DNA from: Escherichia coli | GTDB lineage: Bacteria > Pseudomonadota > Gammaproteobacteria > Enterobacterales > Enterobacteriaceae | Direction: 5' to 3' (one strand) | DNA: 28,938 nt | Assembly: GCF_003334315.1 (NCBI RefSeq) | Contig: NZ_QOWR01000059.1 | Program-made: the position numbers and the translations under genes | The notes under the pieces: model-generated | What the model saw: the letters and a program-made list of their open reading frames with translations, nothing else | Database searches by the model: none | What the model was told of the DNA's origin: nothing | Part shown: one piece after another, positions 10,139 through 19,398 of the stretch | Layout of the letters: every line of letters begins with the position of its first letter | How positions within the stretch are numbered: the first letter of the stretch is position 1

Positions 10139-11806
10139 TTATTGCAAACGTTCTAATAAACGAGCCAGTTTTTTATTGCCGCCGGCGACTGGCGACCATT
10201 GGTAATGCACAACCGGTTTGCTGGCGCTTTGTAGCTCCAGCGCAAAGCTGCGTAATCCGATGTTAATCACGGCGACGTTTTCCAGTAATGACGGTGTGTG
10301 TTGCTGAGTGGCAGGCGAAAGCGGACGAATCAGTGCCGCCGCCAGCAAGGTGGCTTCCGGCAGCGAACTCACTACCGCGATCCCTGCATCTTCCAGCGTG
10401 GCGATTTGCTGCGAGCGGCATTGCGGGTCACGTTCAGTGCCTGTCACCGTGGCAATGGCATACAGTGGTTGATTGTCTGAACGCGCAGCACAGGCTTTTT
10501 GCCAGGCGCTTACCAGCGAGGCGGCAGGATCGGCGGTCGCACCGAAGCCAATCACGACATCAAGCAGCAGCACACGCACTTGCGGTTTAGCGCCGAGATC
10601 GGTAATTAACTGGTTGCGTAAGGTTGGGTCGATCATCGGATGGGGACGCCCGACGGTGTAGAAATCATCGCCGAGGTCAATAATCTGGTGGCCATCGGCG
10701 TCCAGCATCATGCCATGTTGATGGGTATCGTCGGCTTCCACGCCAAGGTGCCCGGCAAGTAATCCCGCCGCTTCGGCGGCCAGCGTACCGCCGGTATACA
10801 AACCGCAAATAAATCCGCTGCTGACAGGTGCTATTGCGTTACGTCGCGCCGTGACGCGTGAAAGCAGGCAAGCCAGGCGTGCGGCCTCATCCAGCGAGGA
10901 GGCAAACCAGACATTCTCGTCGCGGGCCACCGCCGGGGTATAACCTAAAAACAGCGCCACCGTCGGTTTGCCGGTTGCTTTCATGGCATTAACAATTTTC
11001 AGACGCACAGCTTCGGCAGGCGGTTTTGAAACAAATGCCAGCACTTCGCTTTTCTCGTCTGCACTGAGCATTTCCAGCGCCGTCAGCGCACTGATGCCGC
11101 CCACTTCACGGCTGAGGTCGCGCCCGCCAAGGCCAATCGCGTGAGTAATTCCCTCCCCTGCCAGCGCAATCTGCGAACACAGTTCCTGAATCCCGGTACC
11201 GGAAGCGCCAATGACGCCAATATTGCCTTCCGGCATCACGTTAGCAAAAGCCAGCGGCGTGCCGGCAATCATCGACGTACCGCAGTCCGGCCCCATCACC
11301 AGCAAGCCTTTTTCCCGCGCGCGGCTTTTAAGTTGGATTTCATCTTCCAGCGTGACGTTATCGGAGAACATCATCACGTTGAGGTTGCGATCCAGCGCCT
11401 GGTTCGCCAGCTCCGCCGCATACTCGCCAGCCACTGAAATCAGCGCCAGACTGGCGTCGGGTAATTTCTGACAGGCACTGTCCCAGCGACGCACCTGCGT
11501 CAAGGCCTGGCTGCTGCCTGACCCCTGCGCCAGTTGTTTTAGCGCCTCTTCAAGCTGCTGCATAATCGCCTACGCGATCCCCGCATCCGCCGCTTCGCTA
11601 CGAATTGTCACGCAAATATCGTTCGACGTGGCGTTATTAAAATCGTCATGCCAGAAACCTGTGGTATCTAATAACGCTTTATTGGCGGGCGTACCCATCA
11701 TTACGGAAACATCATCAACATTTTCTGATTCGCTGAGTTTTCGTGAAATAATCATTAAACTGACCGAATCCTGAAAACACCCTTTTTTAATAAAGGCGTG
11801 GATCAT
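10139..11806 (-). pseudogene. fdrA: fdrA (succinyl-CoA-synthetase-like protein; reported AllF) interrupted by an in-frame TAG at codon 79
   Basis: ORFs 11570..11806 (78 aa, ...AADAGIA) and 10139..11563 (474 aa, MQQLEE...) are in the same frame. Minus strand reads GCG-TAG-GCG-ATT-ATG, so 78 + stop + 2 + 474 = 555 codons, the length I recall for K-12 FdrA. Confidence 0.75.
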
Positions 11807-12043
11807 AACAACTCCTTAAAAATTGCACCCATGGCAATTGCACGAGCAGTGTTAATGTGGCGATTACGGTATCGATGACAACGGGTAAATAAGGTGATGA
11901 ATATTACACAGGGATTATTAACAAAAGAATTCAAATAACCGCCATGCTATTACGTGTTATTTTTTAATAAGCGTGGTTGTTTTAAAAACCAGGTTAAAAG
12001 AGAGCGGATTATCAAATAAATTCTAACTATATTTTTTTGCCTG

Positions 12044-12063
12044 TCTGGATCACATAATCCAGA
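12044..12063. promoter_or_regulatory. Palindrome TCTGGAT-N6-ATCCAGA in the fdrA/allD divergent promoter region (candidate regulator site)
   Basis: Perfect 7-bp inverted repeat about 60 nt upstream of allD ATG in a 316-bp AT-rich intergenic region. Confidence 0.3.
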
Positions 12064-12122
12064 TATTTTCCCTGTATGTTAATTGCAGTCATGCTTCACA
12101 CCGTCGTTAAAAAGGAAGACAG

Positions 12123-13172
12123 ATGAAAATCAGTCGGGAAACACTCCACCAGCTAATCGAGAATAAACTCTGCCAGGCTGGGTTAAAACGTGAGCACGCT
12201 GCAACCGTGGCTGAAGTATTGGTTTACGCCGATGCCAGAGGGATCCACTCTCATGGCGCGGTGCGCGTTGAATACTACGCAGAACGCATTTCAAAAGGCG
12301 GCACCAACCGCGAACCGGAGTTTCGTCTTGAAGAAACCGGGCCGTGCTCGGCAATTTTACATGCCGACAATGCCGCCGGACAGGTCGCGGCGAAAATGGG
12401 TATGGAACATGCCATCAAAACCGCCCAGCAAAAAGGCGTTGCGGTGGTCGGTATCAGCCGGATGGGTCACAGCGGCGCAATCTCTTATTTTGTGCAGCAG
12501 GCAGCCCGCGCTGGATTAATTGGCATTTCGATGTGCCAGTCCGATCCAATGGTGGTGCCGTTTGGCGGCGCGGAAATTTACTACGGTACTAACCCATTGG
12601 CCTTTGCCGCGCCGGGAGAAGGCGATGAGGTCCTTACCTTTGATATGGCGACTACCGTACAGGCATGGGGAAAAGTGCTCGACGCCCGCTCGCGTAATAT
12701 GTCTATTCCGGATACCTGGGCGGTCGATAAAAACGGTGCACCAACAACCGATCCGTTCGCGGTACATGCTCTGCTCCCCGCCGCCGGGCCGAAAGGGTAT
12801 GGCCTGATGATGATGATTGACGTCCTCTCAGGCGTCTTACTCGGCTTACCGTTCGGGCGACAGGTTAGTTCGATGTATGACGATTTACACGCCGGGCGTA
12901 ATTTGGGGCAATTACATGTAGTTATTAACCCGAACTTTTTCTCCTCCAGCGAATTATTCCGTCAACATCTTAGCCAGACCATGCGCGAATTAAATGCCAT
13001 TACCCCCGCGCCCGGTTTTAATCAGGTTTATTATCCCGGACAGGATCAGGATATTAAACAACGCAAAGCCGCCGTCGAAGGCATCGAAATTGTTGATGAT
13101 ATTTACCAGCATTTAATTTCCGACGCGCTTTATAACACGTCATACGAAACGAAAAATCCCTTTGCGCAATAA
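12123..13172 (+). CDS. allD: Ureidoglycolate dehydrogenase
   Basis: 349-aa ORF MKISRETLHQLIENKLCQAGLKREHAATVAEVLVYADARGIHSHGAVRVEYY... (Ldh_2 / malate-L-lactate dehydrogenase family). Confidence 0.93.
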   Translation: MKISRETLHQLIENKLCQAGLKREHAATVAEVLVYADARGIHSHGAVRVEYYAERISKGGTNREPEFRLEETGPCSAILHADNAAGQVAAKMGMEHAIKTAQQKGVAVVGISRMGHSGAISYFVQQAARAGLIGISMCQSDPMVVPFGGAEIYYGTNPLAFAAPGEGDEVLTFDMATTVQAWGKVLDARSRNMSIPDTWAVDKNGAPTTDPFAVHALLPAAGPKGYGLMMMIDVLSGVLLGLPFGRQVSSMYDDLHAGRNLGQLHVVINPNFFSSSELFRQHLSQTMRELNAITPAPGFNQVYYPGQDQDIKQRKAAVEGIEIVDDIYQHLISDALYNTSYETKNPFAQ

Positions 13173-13193
13173 TTATTGAGACAGGACTTTCTT

Positions 13194-14429
13194 ATGATTA
13201 CACATTTTCGTCAAGCCATAGAAGAAACGCTGCCCTGGCTTTCCTCTTTTGGCGCTGACCCAGCGGGTGGGATGACCCGTTTACTTTATTCGCCGGAATG
13301 GCTGGAAACCCAGCAGCAATTTAAAAAAAGAATGGCAGCAAGCGGGCTGGAAACACGTTTCGATGAAGTGGGGAATTTATACGGTCGCCTGAGTGGCACC
13401 GAATATCCACAGGAAGTGGTTCTGAGCGGTTCGCATATCGATACCGTGGTTAACGGCGGTAACCTCGACGGGCAATTCGGCGCGCTGGCGGCGTGGCTGG
13501 CAATTGACTGGTTGAAAACGCAATACGGCGCGCCGTTACGTACGCTTGAAGTGGTGGCGATGGCGGAAGAAGAAGGCAGCCGCTTCCCGTATGTCTTCTG
13601 GGGCAGTAAAAATATCTTTGGGCTGGCGAATCCTGACGACGTGCGGAATATCTGTGATGCCAAAGGAAATAGTTTTGTCGATGCGATGAAGGCTTGCGGA
13701 TTTACTCTGCCGAACGCCCCACTAACTCCGCGTCAGGATATTAAAGCCTTTGTCGAACTGCATATCGAACAGGGCTGTGTGCTGGAAAGTAATGGGCAAT
13801 CAATTGGCGTGGTGAATGCAATTGTCGGGCAACGTCGCTATACGGTGACGCTGAACGGCGAATCAAACCATGCAGGCACCACGCCGATGGGTTATCGTCG
13901 TGATACGGTTTACGCTTTCAGTCGCATTTGCCATCAGTCGATCGAAAAAGCGAAAAAGATGGGCGACCCGCTGGTGCTGACCTTTGGCAAAGTAGAGCCG
14001 CGCCCGAATACGGTGAATGTGGTGCCGGGTAAAACCACGTTCACCATTGATTGTCGTCATACCGACGCCGCCATCCTGCGTGATTTCACCCAACAGTTAG
14101 AAAACGACATGCGGGCGATTTGCGATGAAATGGACATTGGTATTGATATCGATTTATGGATGGACGAAGAACCCGTGCCGATGAATAAGGACCTGGTCGC
14201 CACCCTGACAGAATTGTGTGAAAGTGAAAAACTGAATTACCGGGTGATGCACAGTGGTGCCGGGCATGACGCGCAAATTTTCGCGCCTCGCGTACCAACC
14301 TGCATGATTTTCATTCCCAGCATCAACGGGATCAGCCATAACCCGGCGGAACGCACCAATATTACCGACCTTGCCGAAGGGGTCAAAACGTTGGCAATCA
14401 TGCTTTATCAACTTGCCTGGCAGAAATAA
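13194..14429 (+). CDS. allC: Allantoate amidohydrolase (M20 peptidase family)
   Basis: ATG 13194 (MITHFRQAIEETLPWLSSFGADPAGG...) with GAGACAGGA RBS, 411 aa; the ORF-track start at 13176 is a TTG 18 nt upstream. Confidence 0.93.
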   Translation: MITHFRQAIEETLPWLSSFGADPAGGMTRLLYSPEWLETQQQFKKRMAASGLETRFDEVGNLYGRLSGTEYPQEVVLSGSHIDTVVNGGNLDGQFGALAAWLAIDWLKTQYGAPLRTLEVVAMAEEEGSRFPYVFWGSKNIFGLANPDDVRNICDAKGNSFVDAMKACGFTLPNAPLTPRQDIKAFVELHIEQGCVLESNGQSIGVVNAIVGQRRYTVTLNGESNHAGTTPMGYRRDTVYAFSRICHQSIEKAKKMGDPLVLTFGKVEPRPNTVNVVPGKTTFTIDCRHTDAAILRDFTQQLENDMRAICDEMDIGIDIDLWMDEEPVPMNKDLVATLTELCESEKLNYRVMHSGAGHDAQIFAPRVPTCMIFIPSINGISHNPAERTNITDLAEGVKTLAIMLYQLAWQK

Positions 14430-14439
14430 GGAGTCATAA

Positions 14440-15225
14440 ATGGGATATTTAAATAACGTCACCGGTTACCGCGATGATTTACTGGCTAACCGTGCGATTG
14501 TGAAACACGGTAATTTCGCACTGTTAACCCCGGATGGTCTGGTAAAAAATATTATTCCGGGCTTTGAAAATTGTGACGCGACAATCCTCTCCACGCCAAA
14601 GCTGGGTGCCTCTTTTGTTGATTATCTGGTCACACTGCATCAAAACGGCGGCAACCAACAGGGCTTCGGTGGCGAAGGCATTGAAACGTTCCTGTATGTG
14701 ATCTCTGGAAATATCACTGCCAAAGCCGAAGGCAAAACATTTGCCTTAAGCGAAGGTGGCTATCTTTATTGCCCGCCAGGCTCCTTAATGACGTTTGTTA
14801 ACGCCCAGGCCGAAGACAGCCAAATCTTTTTATATAAGCGCCGCTATGTTCCGGTAGAAGGCCATGCACCGTGGCTGGTTTCTGGCAATGCCAGCGAACT
14901 GGAACGCATTCACTATGAAGGTATGGATGATGTGATCCTGCTGGATTTTCTGCCCAAAGAGTTAGGTTTTGATATGAACATGCATATCCTCTCTTTTGCA
15001 CCAGGTGCCAGCCACGGTTATATCGAAACACACGTTCAGGAACACGGTGCCTATATTCTTTCCGGTCAGGGGGTTTATAACCTCGACAATAACTGGATCC
15101 CGGTGAAAAAAGGCGATTACATCTTTATGGGCGCTTATTCTTTACAGGCTGGTTATGGTGTAGGGCGTGGTGAAGCGTTCAGCTATATTTACTCGAAAGA
15201 TTGTAACCGCGACGTAGAGATTTAA
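14440..15225 (+). CDS. allE: (S)-ureidoglycine aminohydrolase (cupin)
   Basis: 261-aa ORF MGYLNNVTGYRDDLLANRAIVKHGNFALLTPDGL...; AGGAG RBS; follows allC by 10 nt. Confidence 0.9.
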   Translation: MGYLNNVTGYRDDLLANRAIVKHGNFALLTPDGLVKNIIPGFENCDATILSTPKLGASFVDYLVTLHQNGGNQQGFGGEGIETFLYVISGNITAKAEGKTFALSEGGYLYCPPGSLMTFVNAQAEDSQIFLYKRRYVPVEGHAPWLVSGNASELERIHYEGMDDVILLDFLPKELGFDMNMHILSFAPGASHGYIETHVQEHGAYILSGQGVYNLDNNWIPVKKGDYIFMGAYSLQAGYGVGRGEAFSYIYSKDCNRDVEI

Positions 15226-15267
15226 GTCATACCACTCGCCTGATTATTTTTAGCTATGTTGGATTTT

Positions 15268-15294
15268 GCCACGGTTTATACCGTGGCTTTTTTT
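15268..15294 (+). terminator. Rho-independent terminator of allD-allC-allE operon
   Basis: GCCACGG-TTTATA-CCGTGGC followed by TTTTTTT. Confidence 0.75.
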
Positions 15295-15302
15295 GTAACA
15301 TT

Positions 15303-15406
15303 GCCTGATGCGCTTCGCTTATCAGGCCTACATGATCTCTGCAATATATAGAATTTGCGCGATTTTCAGGAAGGATATGGTACTCATGCCGCATCCGGCA
15401 TGAGTA
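15303..15406. repeat. REP-like palindromic elements between convergent allE and glxK
   Basis: GCCTGATGCGCTTCGCTTATCAGGCCTACA (REP-type) at 15303..15332 and palindrome TACTCATGCC-GCATCC-GGCATGAGTA at 15381..15406. Confidence 0.6.
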
Positions 15407-15452
15407 CTGCACTCTTATGCGATATAAATCGCATCCGCTTTAAAGGTAAGGG

Positions 15453-16598
15453 TTAGTTTTTAATTCCCTGACCTATTTTAATGGCGCAGGCAATATTTCG
15501 CGCGCTGTTGAAGAGATTGGTTTCACCGCTGGCGAGCACTTCGGCTAAAGGTGCCAGACGAGGCAAAATGCTGAATACCGCGTCAATGCCGTACTGGTGC
15601 ACCACTTCCACGCCATCACCCAATACGCCAGCAATCCCAATCACCGGTACATTAAACTGCTTCGCCACCGACGCCACACCCAGCGGCGCTTTACCGCCTG
15701 CCGTTTGCGAGTCGATGCGCCCTTCCCCGGTAATCACCAGTGCTGCGCCCTGCACTGCCTGCGCAAGATTGACCGCATTCAACACAATTTCAATGCCCGG
15801 TTTAATATCCGCATTGAGAAATACCGCCGCCGCAATACCCATACCGCCCGCAGCGCCGCCGCCCGCCATCTGGCAGACATTAATTTCAGTTTGCTGTTGT
15901 AAAACACGGGCGTAATTTTGCAGCCCCTGTTCAAGTTCTTCGACCATCTCCGGCGTTGCCCCTTTTTGCGGGCCAAACACCGCCGCCGCGCCGCGTGCCC
16001 CTACCAGCGGGTTATCAACGTCACATGCTACTTCAATATGGCAATTCGCCAGACGCGGATCGCATTCATCCATCTCAATGCTTGCCACGCGCGCTAAATT
16101 ACCACCGTTTGCCGCCAGCGCCTGACCGTCGGCATCAAGGAAACGCACACCGAGCGCCTGCGCCATGCCCATACCGCCGTCGACCGTCGCACTGCCGCCA
16201 ATGCCGAGAATAATATGGCGAATGTCGTTATCCAGCGCATGACGAATTAACTCCCCCGTACCAAAACTGGAGGCCAGCAACGGATTACGCTTTTCAGGCG
16301 CGACCAGCATCAGGCCACTTGCTGCCGCCATCTCAATCACCGCCGTTTTCCCGTCGCCGGTAAGGCCATAAAAAGCATTCACTTTTTCGCCCATCGGCCC
16401 GCAGACTTCAAGCGTCACGATGTTGCCGCCCGTCGCGGCGACCATCGCATCCACCGTCCCTTCGCCGCCATCCGCTATCGGCAAACAGATATAGTTCGCA
16501 TCGGGAAAGAGGGTCGAAAACCCGGCTTTAATTGCCTGACAACATTTTTCTGCACTTAAGCTCTCTTTAAAAGAGTCTGGCGCAATGACAATCTTCAT
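15453..16598 (-). CDS. glxK: Glycerate kinase II
   Basis: [48 protein letters not shown]..., 381 aa from ATG at 16598. Confidence 0.93.
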
Positions 16599-16619
16599 TA
16601 TCAATCCTTTTTCAACAAA

Positions 16620-17927
16620 TTATTCGATGCGTTCCCACGGAATAAGGTTATCCATAAGAACAGCCAGTAAAATCCCGACCAATAAGCCGTTACTGAGCAG
16701 AGGACGAAGCGTTAATGGAAGGTCTTGCAGATACACAGGCGGTAATGCCATTAAAAATATGCCGACAAATAACGGCAATGCGAGTCGATAAATATTGCGA
16801 GCGGTAAACGTTATTTGCTGGCTAAACACCAGCGCGGAAAAGAGTAAAGGCAGATAAGAAACCAGCATGACCGCACTACTCACGGGTAAAGGGATACTGC
16901 AAAACAGTCGCGTGAGTGCAGGAACCAGCGCCACCAGCAGGCAAATAACGCTGCCATAAATAAACGAACGCCGCGTGTAATCGCCAGTCTGGGTTAATAA
17001 ACCAATGGATGAAACAAACGGTGAAAATGGAATTACCGCCAGCGGTACGGTTATCAGCGTCATAAATCCGGTCGCCACAAAGCTACGACGATAACGCGTA
17101 TTCCCTGCGCCCTGCTGCGGATAAAAAACATCCGTGCCCCGAATCGCACCGTAGGTATTGCTGATATTTACCAGACCTGTAATCACCGCCGTCAGAATAA
17201 TTCCCGGCGACAAAGCACCGCCACTGCCGAGCGGGAACCACTGCCAGTGCAACTCACCGGAGAGCGAATGCGAAGAAGGAAAGCAAAAGTACCACAACAA
17301 CCAGCCGGTTATCGTACCGACCAGCAGGCCATAACGGGCAAAACGTTGCGGCAGAAAGATAATCATCGCCAGTACCAGGCACATCACCGCCACCGAGAGC
17401 GCGAACGGTGGTAACTGAATTTTAAAATTTGGGTCGGCTATGCCAAACGGCAGCCCGAGCATACCTTTGAAAAAGATAGTGGTCAGCTGCGCGCCCAGCA
17501 TCAACATAAACAAGACCATCACCGACGGCGTAAATAACCGTGCCAGGCGATGGCCTAATCCGCTAAAACCAATCAACATCGTCAGCACGCCGGAGAGTGC
17601 AATCCCCACCGCCAGACTGGTAGCGATATCGTTGATCGGTGTCCCGCGCGATGCTTCGCCAAGGGTGATAGTAAGGATGGTTCCCCACCACAGGCCACCC
17701 GGCCCTTCCATAATAGCGCGACGATGACCGCAGAACGCCTGAGCGAAGCAGGCCAGTGCGGTAGCAAGAAAAGCATATTGCGTGAGCGTAAGCAGGCTAC
17801 TTTGCGGCAACTGAAAAGCAGAAAGTAGCGTAGGAGGAACCACAACCGTGTTGCAAAAAATAAAGAAAAACCACTGAAATCCTGATAACAGGCTTTCGCG
17901 GCTGACTGCAAAATTGAACATAAACAC
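16620..17927 (-). CDS. ybbY: Putative purine/xanthine permease (NCS2 family)
   Basis: 435-aa polytopic membrane ORF MFMFNFAVSRESLLSGFQWFFFIFCNTVVVPP...; alternative start 2 codons downstream at 17921. Confidence 0.85.
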   Translation of the reverse strand: MFMFNFAVSRESLLSGFQWFFFIFCNTVVVPPTLLSAFQLPQSSLLTLTQYAFLATALACFAQAFCGHRRAIMEGPGGLWWGTILTITLGEASRGTPINDIATSLAVGIALSGVLTMLIGFSGLGHRLARLFTPSVMVLFMLMLGAQLTTIFFKGMLGLPFGIADPNFKIQLPPFALSVAVMCLVLAMIIFLPQRFARYGLLVGTITGWLLWYFCFPSSHSLSGELHWQWFPLGSGGALSPGIILTAVITGLVNISNTYGAIRGTDVFYPQQGAGNTRYRRSFVATGFMTLITVPLAVIPFSPFVSSIGLLTQTGDYTRRSFIYGSVICLLVALVPALTRLFCSIPLPVSSAVMLVSYLPLLFSALVFSQQITFTARNIYRLALPLFVGIFLMALPPVYLQDLPLTLRPLLSNGLLVGILLAVLMDNLIPWERIE

Positions 17928-17977
17928 ACCTTAACCGGAGAATGCCCGCCGCAAGGACGGGCATTGCAGGGGCCAGA

Positions 17978-19339
17978 TTACTGCTGATGTTTAAGGATAA
18001 ATTGACCTTTCGGCGCAACAGGGAAGCCCTGTTCAATGTCGTAAATCACATCACCACGTAAGATGGTTTTCGTGATACGCGCGCCAATGGTACGGCCAAC
18101 ATACGGGCTGACTTTGTGGCGATATTCCAGATCGTCATTGGTAAGAACATAGCTGCTATTCGGCTGAATGAAGACGAAGTCGGCATCTTTTCCTGGGGCG
18201 ATACGGCCTTTTTGCTGCAGACCGAAAATATCTGCTGCGTTAGTCGCCATTAATTTGCCGAACATTGGCAGAGACATACCGCGTTTCTGTACCGCTTCAT
18301 CGAACATCACGTCCATGCAGCTTTGCAGACCGGCGATACCGCCCCATGCTTTCATGATGTTACCGGCTTTCATTTCCGGCGGGCATGGAGAGTGGTCGGA
18401 AACCAGGCAGTCGATTTCACCGTTAAACAGTTTTTCCCACATGCCTTTCTGGTTTTCCAGATCGCGGATCGGCGGTGAACACTTCGCCAGAGTACCGATT
18501 TCTTCGAACTGATCGGTATCCAGTACAAAGTAATGCGGGCAGGATTCACAAGTAACGTCCTGACCTTCCTGACGTGCACGAGTCACTTCCTCAACACCTT
18601 CCGGGCTGCTGACGTGGCAAACGTGCAGACGGCAACCAGCAACTTTCGCCAGATACAGTACGCGGCGAATTGCTTCCACTTCGGTAAATACCGGACGCGA
18701 AGCCACATAGTCATGAGCGGTTACGCGACCTTCACGCTTCGCTTCTTCGCCCAGTTCGTCACAAATCAGCGCGTTTTCGCAGTGCACCAGCACCGGCTGA
18801 CCCAGTTCGCCCAGCTTCTGCGCACCTTTGAAGAACTGCCAGTCGTTTACATCACGGAAGTCGTTGTCGATACCGCGATCGCCACAGGTCGCAACGAAGC
18901 ATTTGAAGCCGACAACGCCCACTTCATCCAGCTCATGCAGACGGTCGATGTTGTAAGACACCAGGCCACCGAGTTGTGCCGCATCAATAGTCAGCTTGCC
19001 TTTAGCGGCATCGAACTTCAGTTCAATTGAAGCGCGGTCAACCGTTGCAGGCAGCTGGTTGAGCGGCATTTCGATCATGGTGGTGATACCACCTTTTGCC
19101 GCTGCGCGAGTACCGGTTTCATAACCTTCCCAGTGGCTACGACCCGGTTCAGAAATATGGGTGTGCGCATCAACCATGCCCGGCGAAACCACCAGACCAG
19201 ACGCATCCATAACTTCTTTTGCATCGCCCAGATCCTGACCGATAGCAGCAATTTTTCCGCCTTTAACGGCGATATCTACAACGCGAGCTTCGTTTTCTAA
19301 AATAACGGTGCCGTTTTTAATGATTAAATCAAAAGACAT
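17978..19339 (-). CDS. allB: Allantoinase (cyclic amidohydrolase)
   Basis: 453-aa [80 protein letters not shown]... with metal-binding HxH motif. Confidence 0.95.
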   Translation of the reverse strand: MSFDLIIKNGTVILENEARVVDIAVKGGKIAAIGQDLGDAKEVMDASGLVVSPGMVDAHTHISEPGRSHWEGYETGTRAAAKGGITTMIEMPLNQLPATVDRASIELKFDAAKGKLTIDAAQLGGLVSYNIDRLHELDEVGVVGFKCFVATCGDRGIDNDFRDVNDWQFFKGAQKLGELGQPVLVHCENALICDELGEEAKREGRVTAHDYVASRPVFTEVEAIRRVLYLAKVAGCRLHVCHVSSPEGVEEVTRARQEGQDVTCESCPHYFVLDTDQFEEIGTLAKCSPPIRDLENQKGMWEKLFNGEIDCLVSDHSPCPPEMKAGNIMKAWGGIAGLQSCMDVMFDEAVQKRGMSLPMFGKLMATNAADIFGLQQKGRIAPGKDADFVFIQPNSSYVLTNDDLEYRHKVSPYVGRTIGARITKTILRGDVIYDIEQGFPVAPKGQFILKHQQ

Positions 19340-19398
19340 AACAAACTCCTTGTAAAATACAGATTGGTTTTTAACTCAATGTTCAATATCGGGATTAA

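Noticed and set aside
13176-13193. TTG start extending allC by six codons
   Set aside because: ATG at 13194 has a properly spaced GAGACAGGA RBS and gives the expected MITHFRQ N-terminus.
18533-19030. 165-aa plus-strand ORF
   Set aside because: Antisense to allB; no independent start signals.
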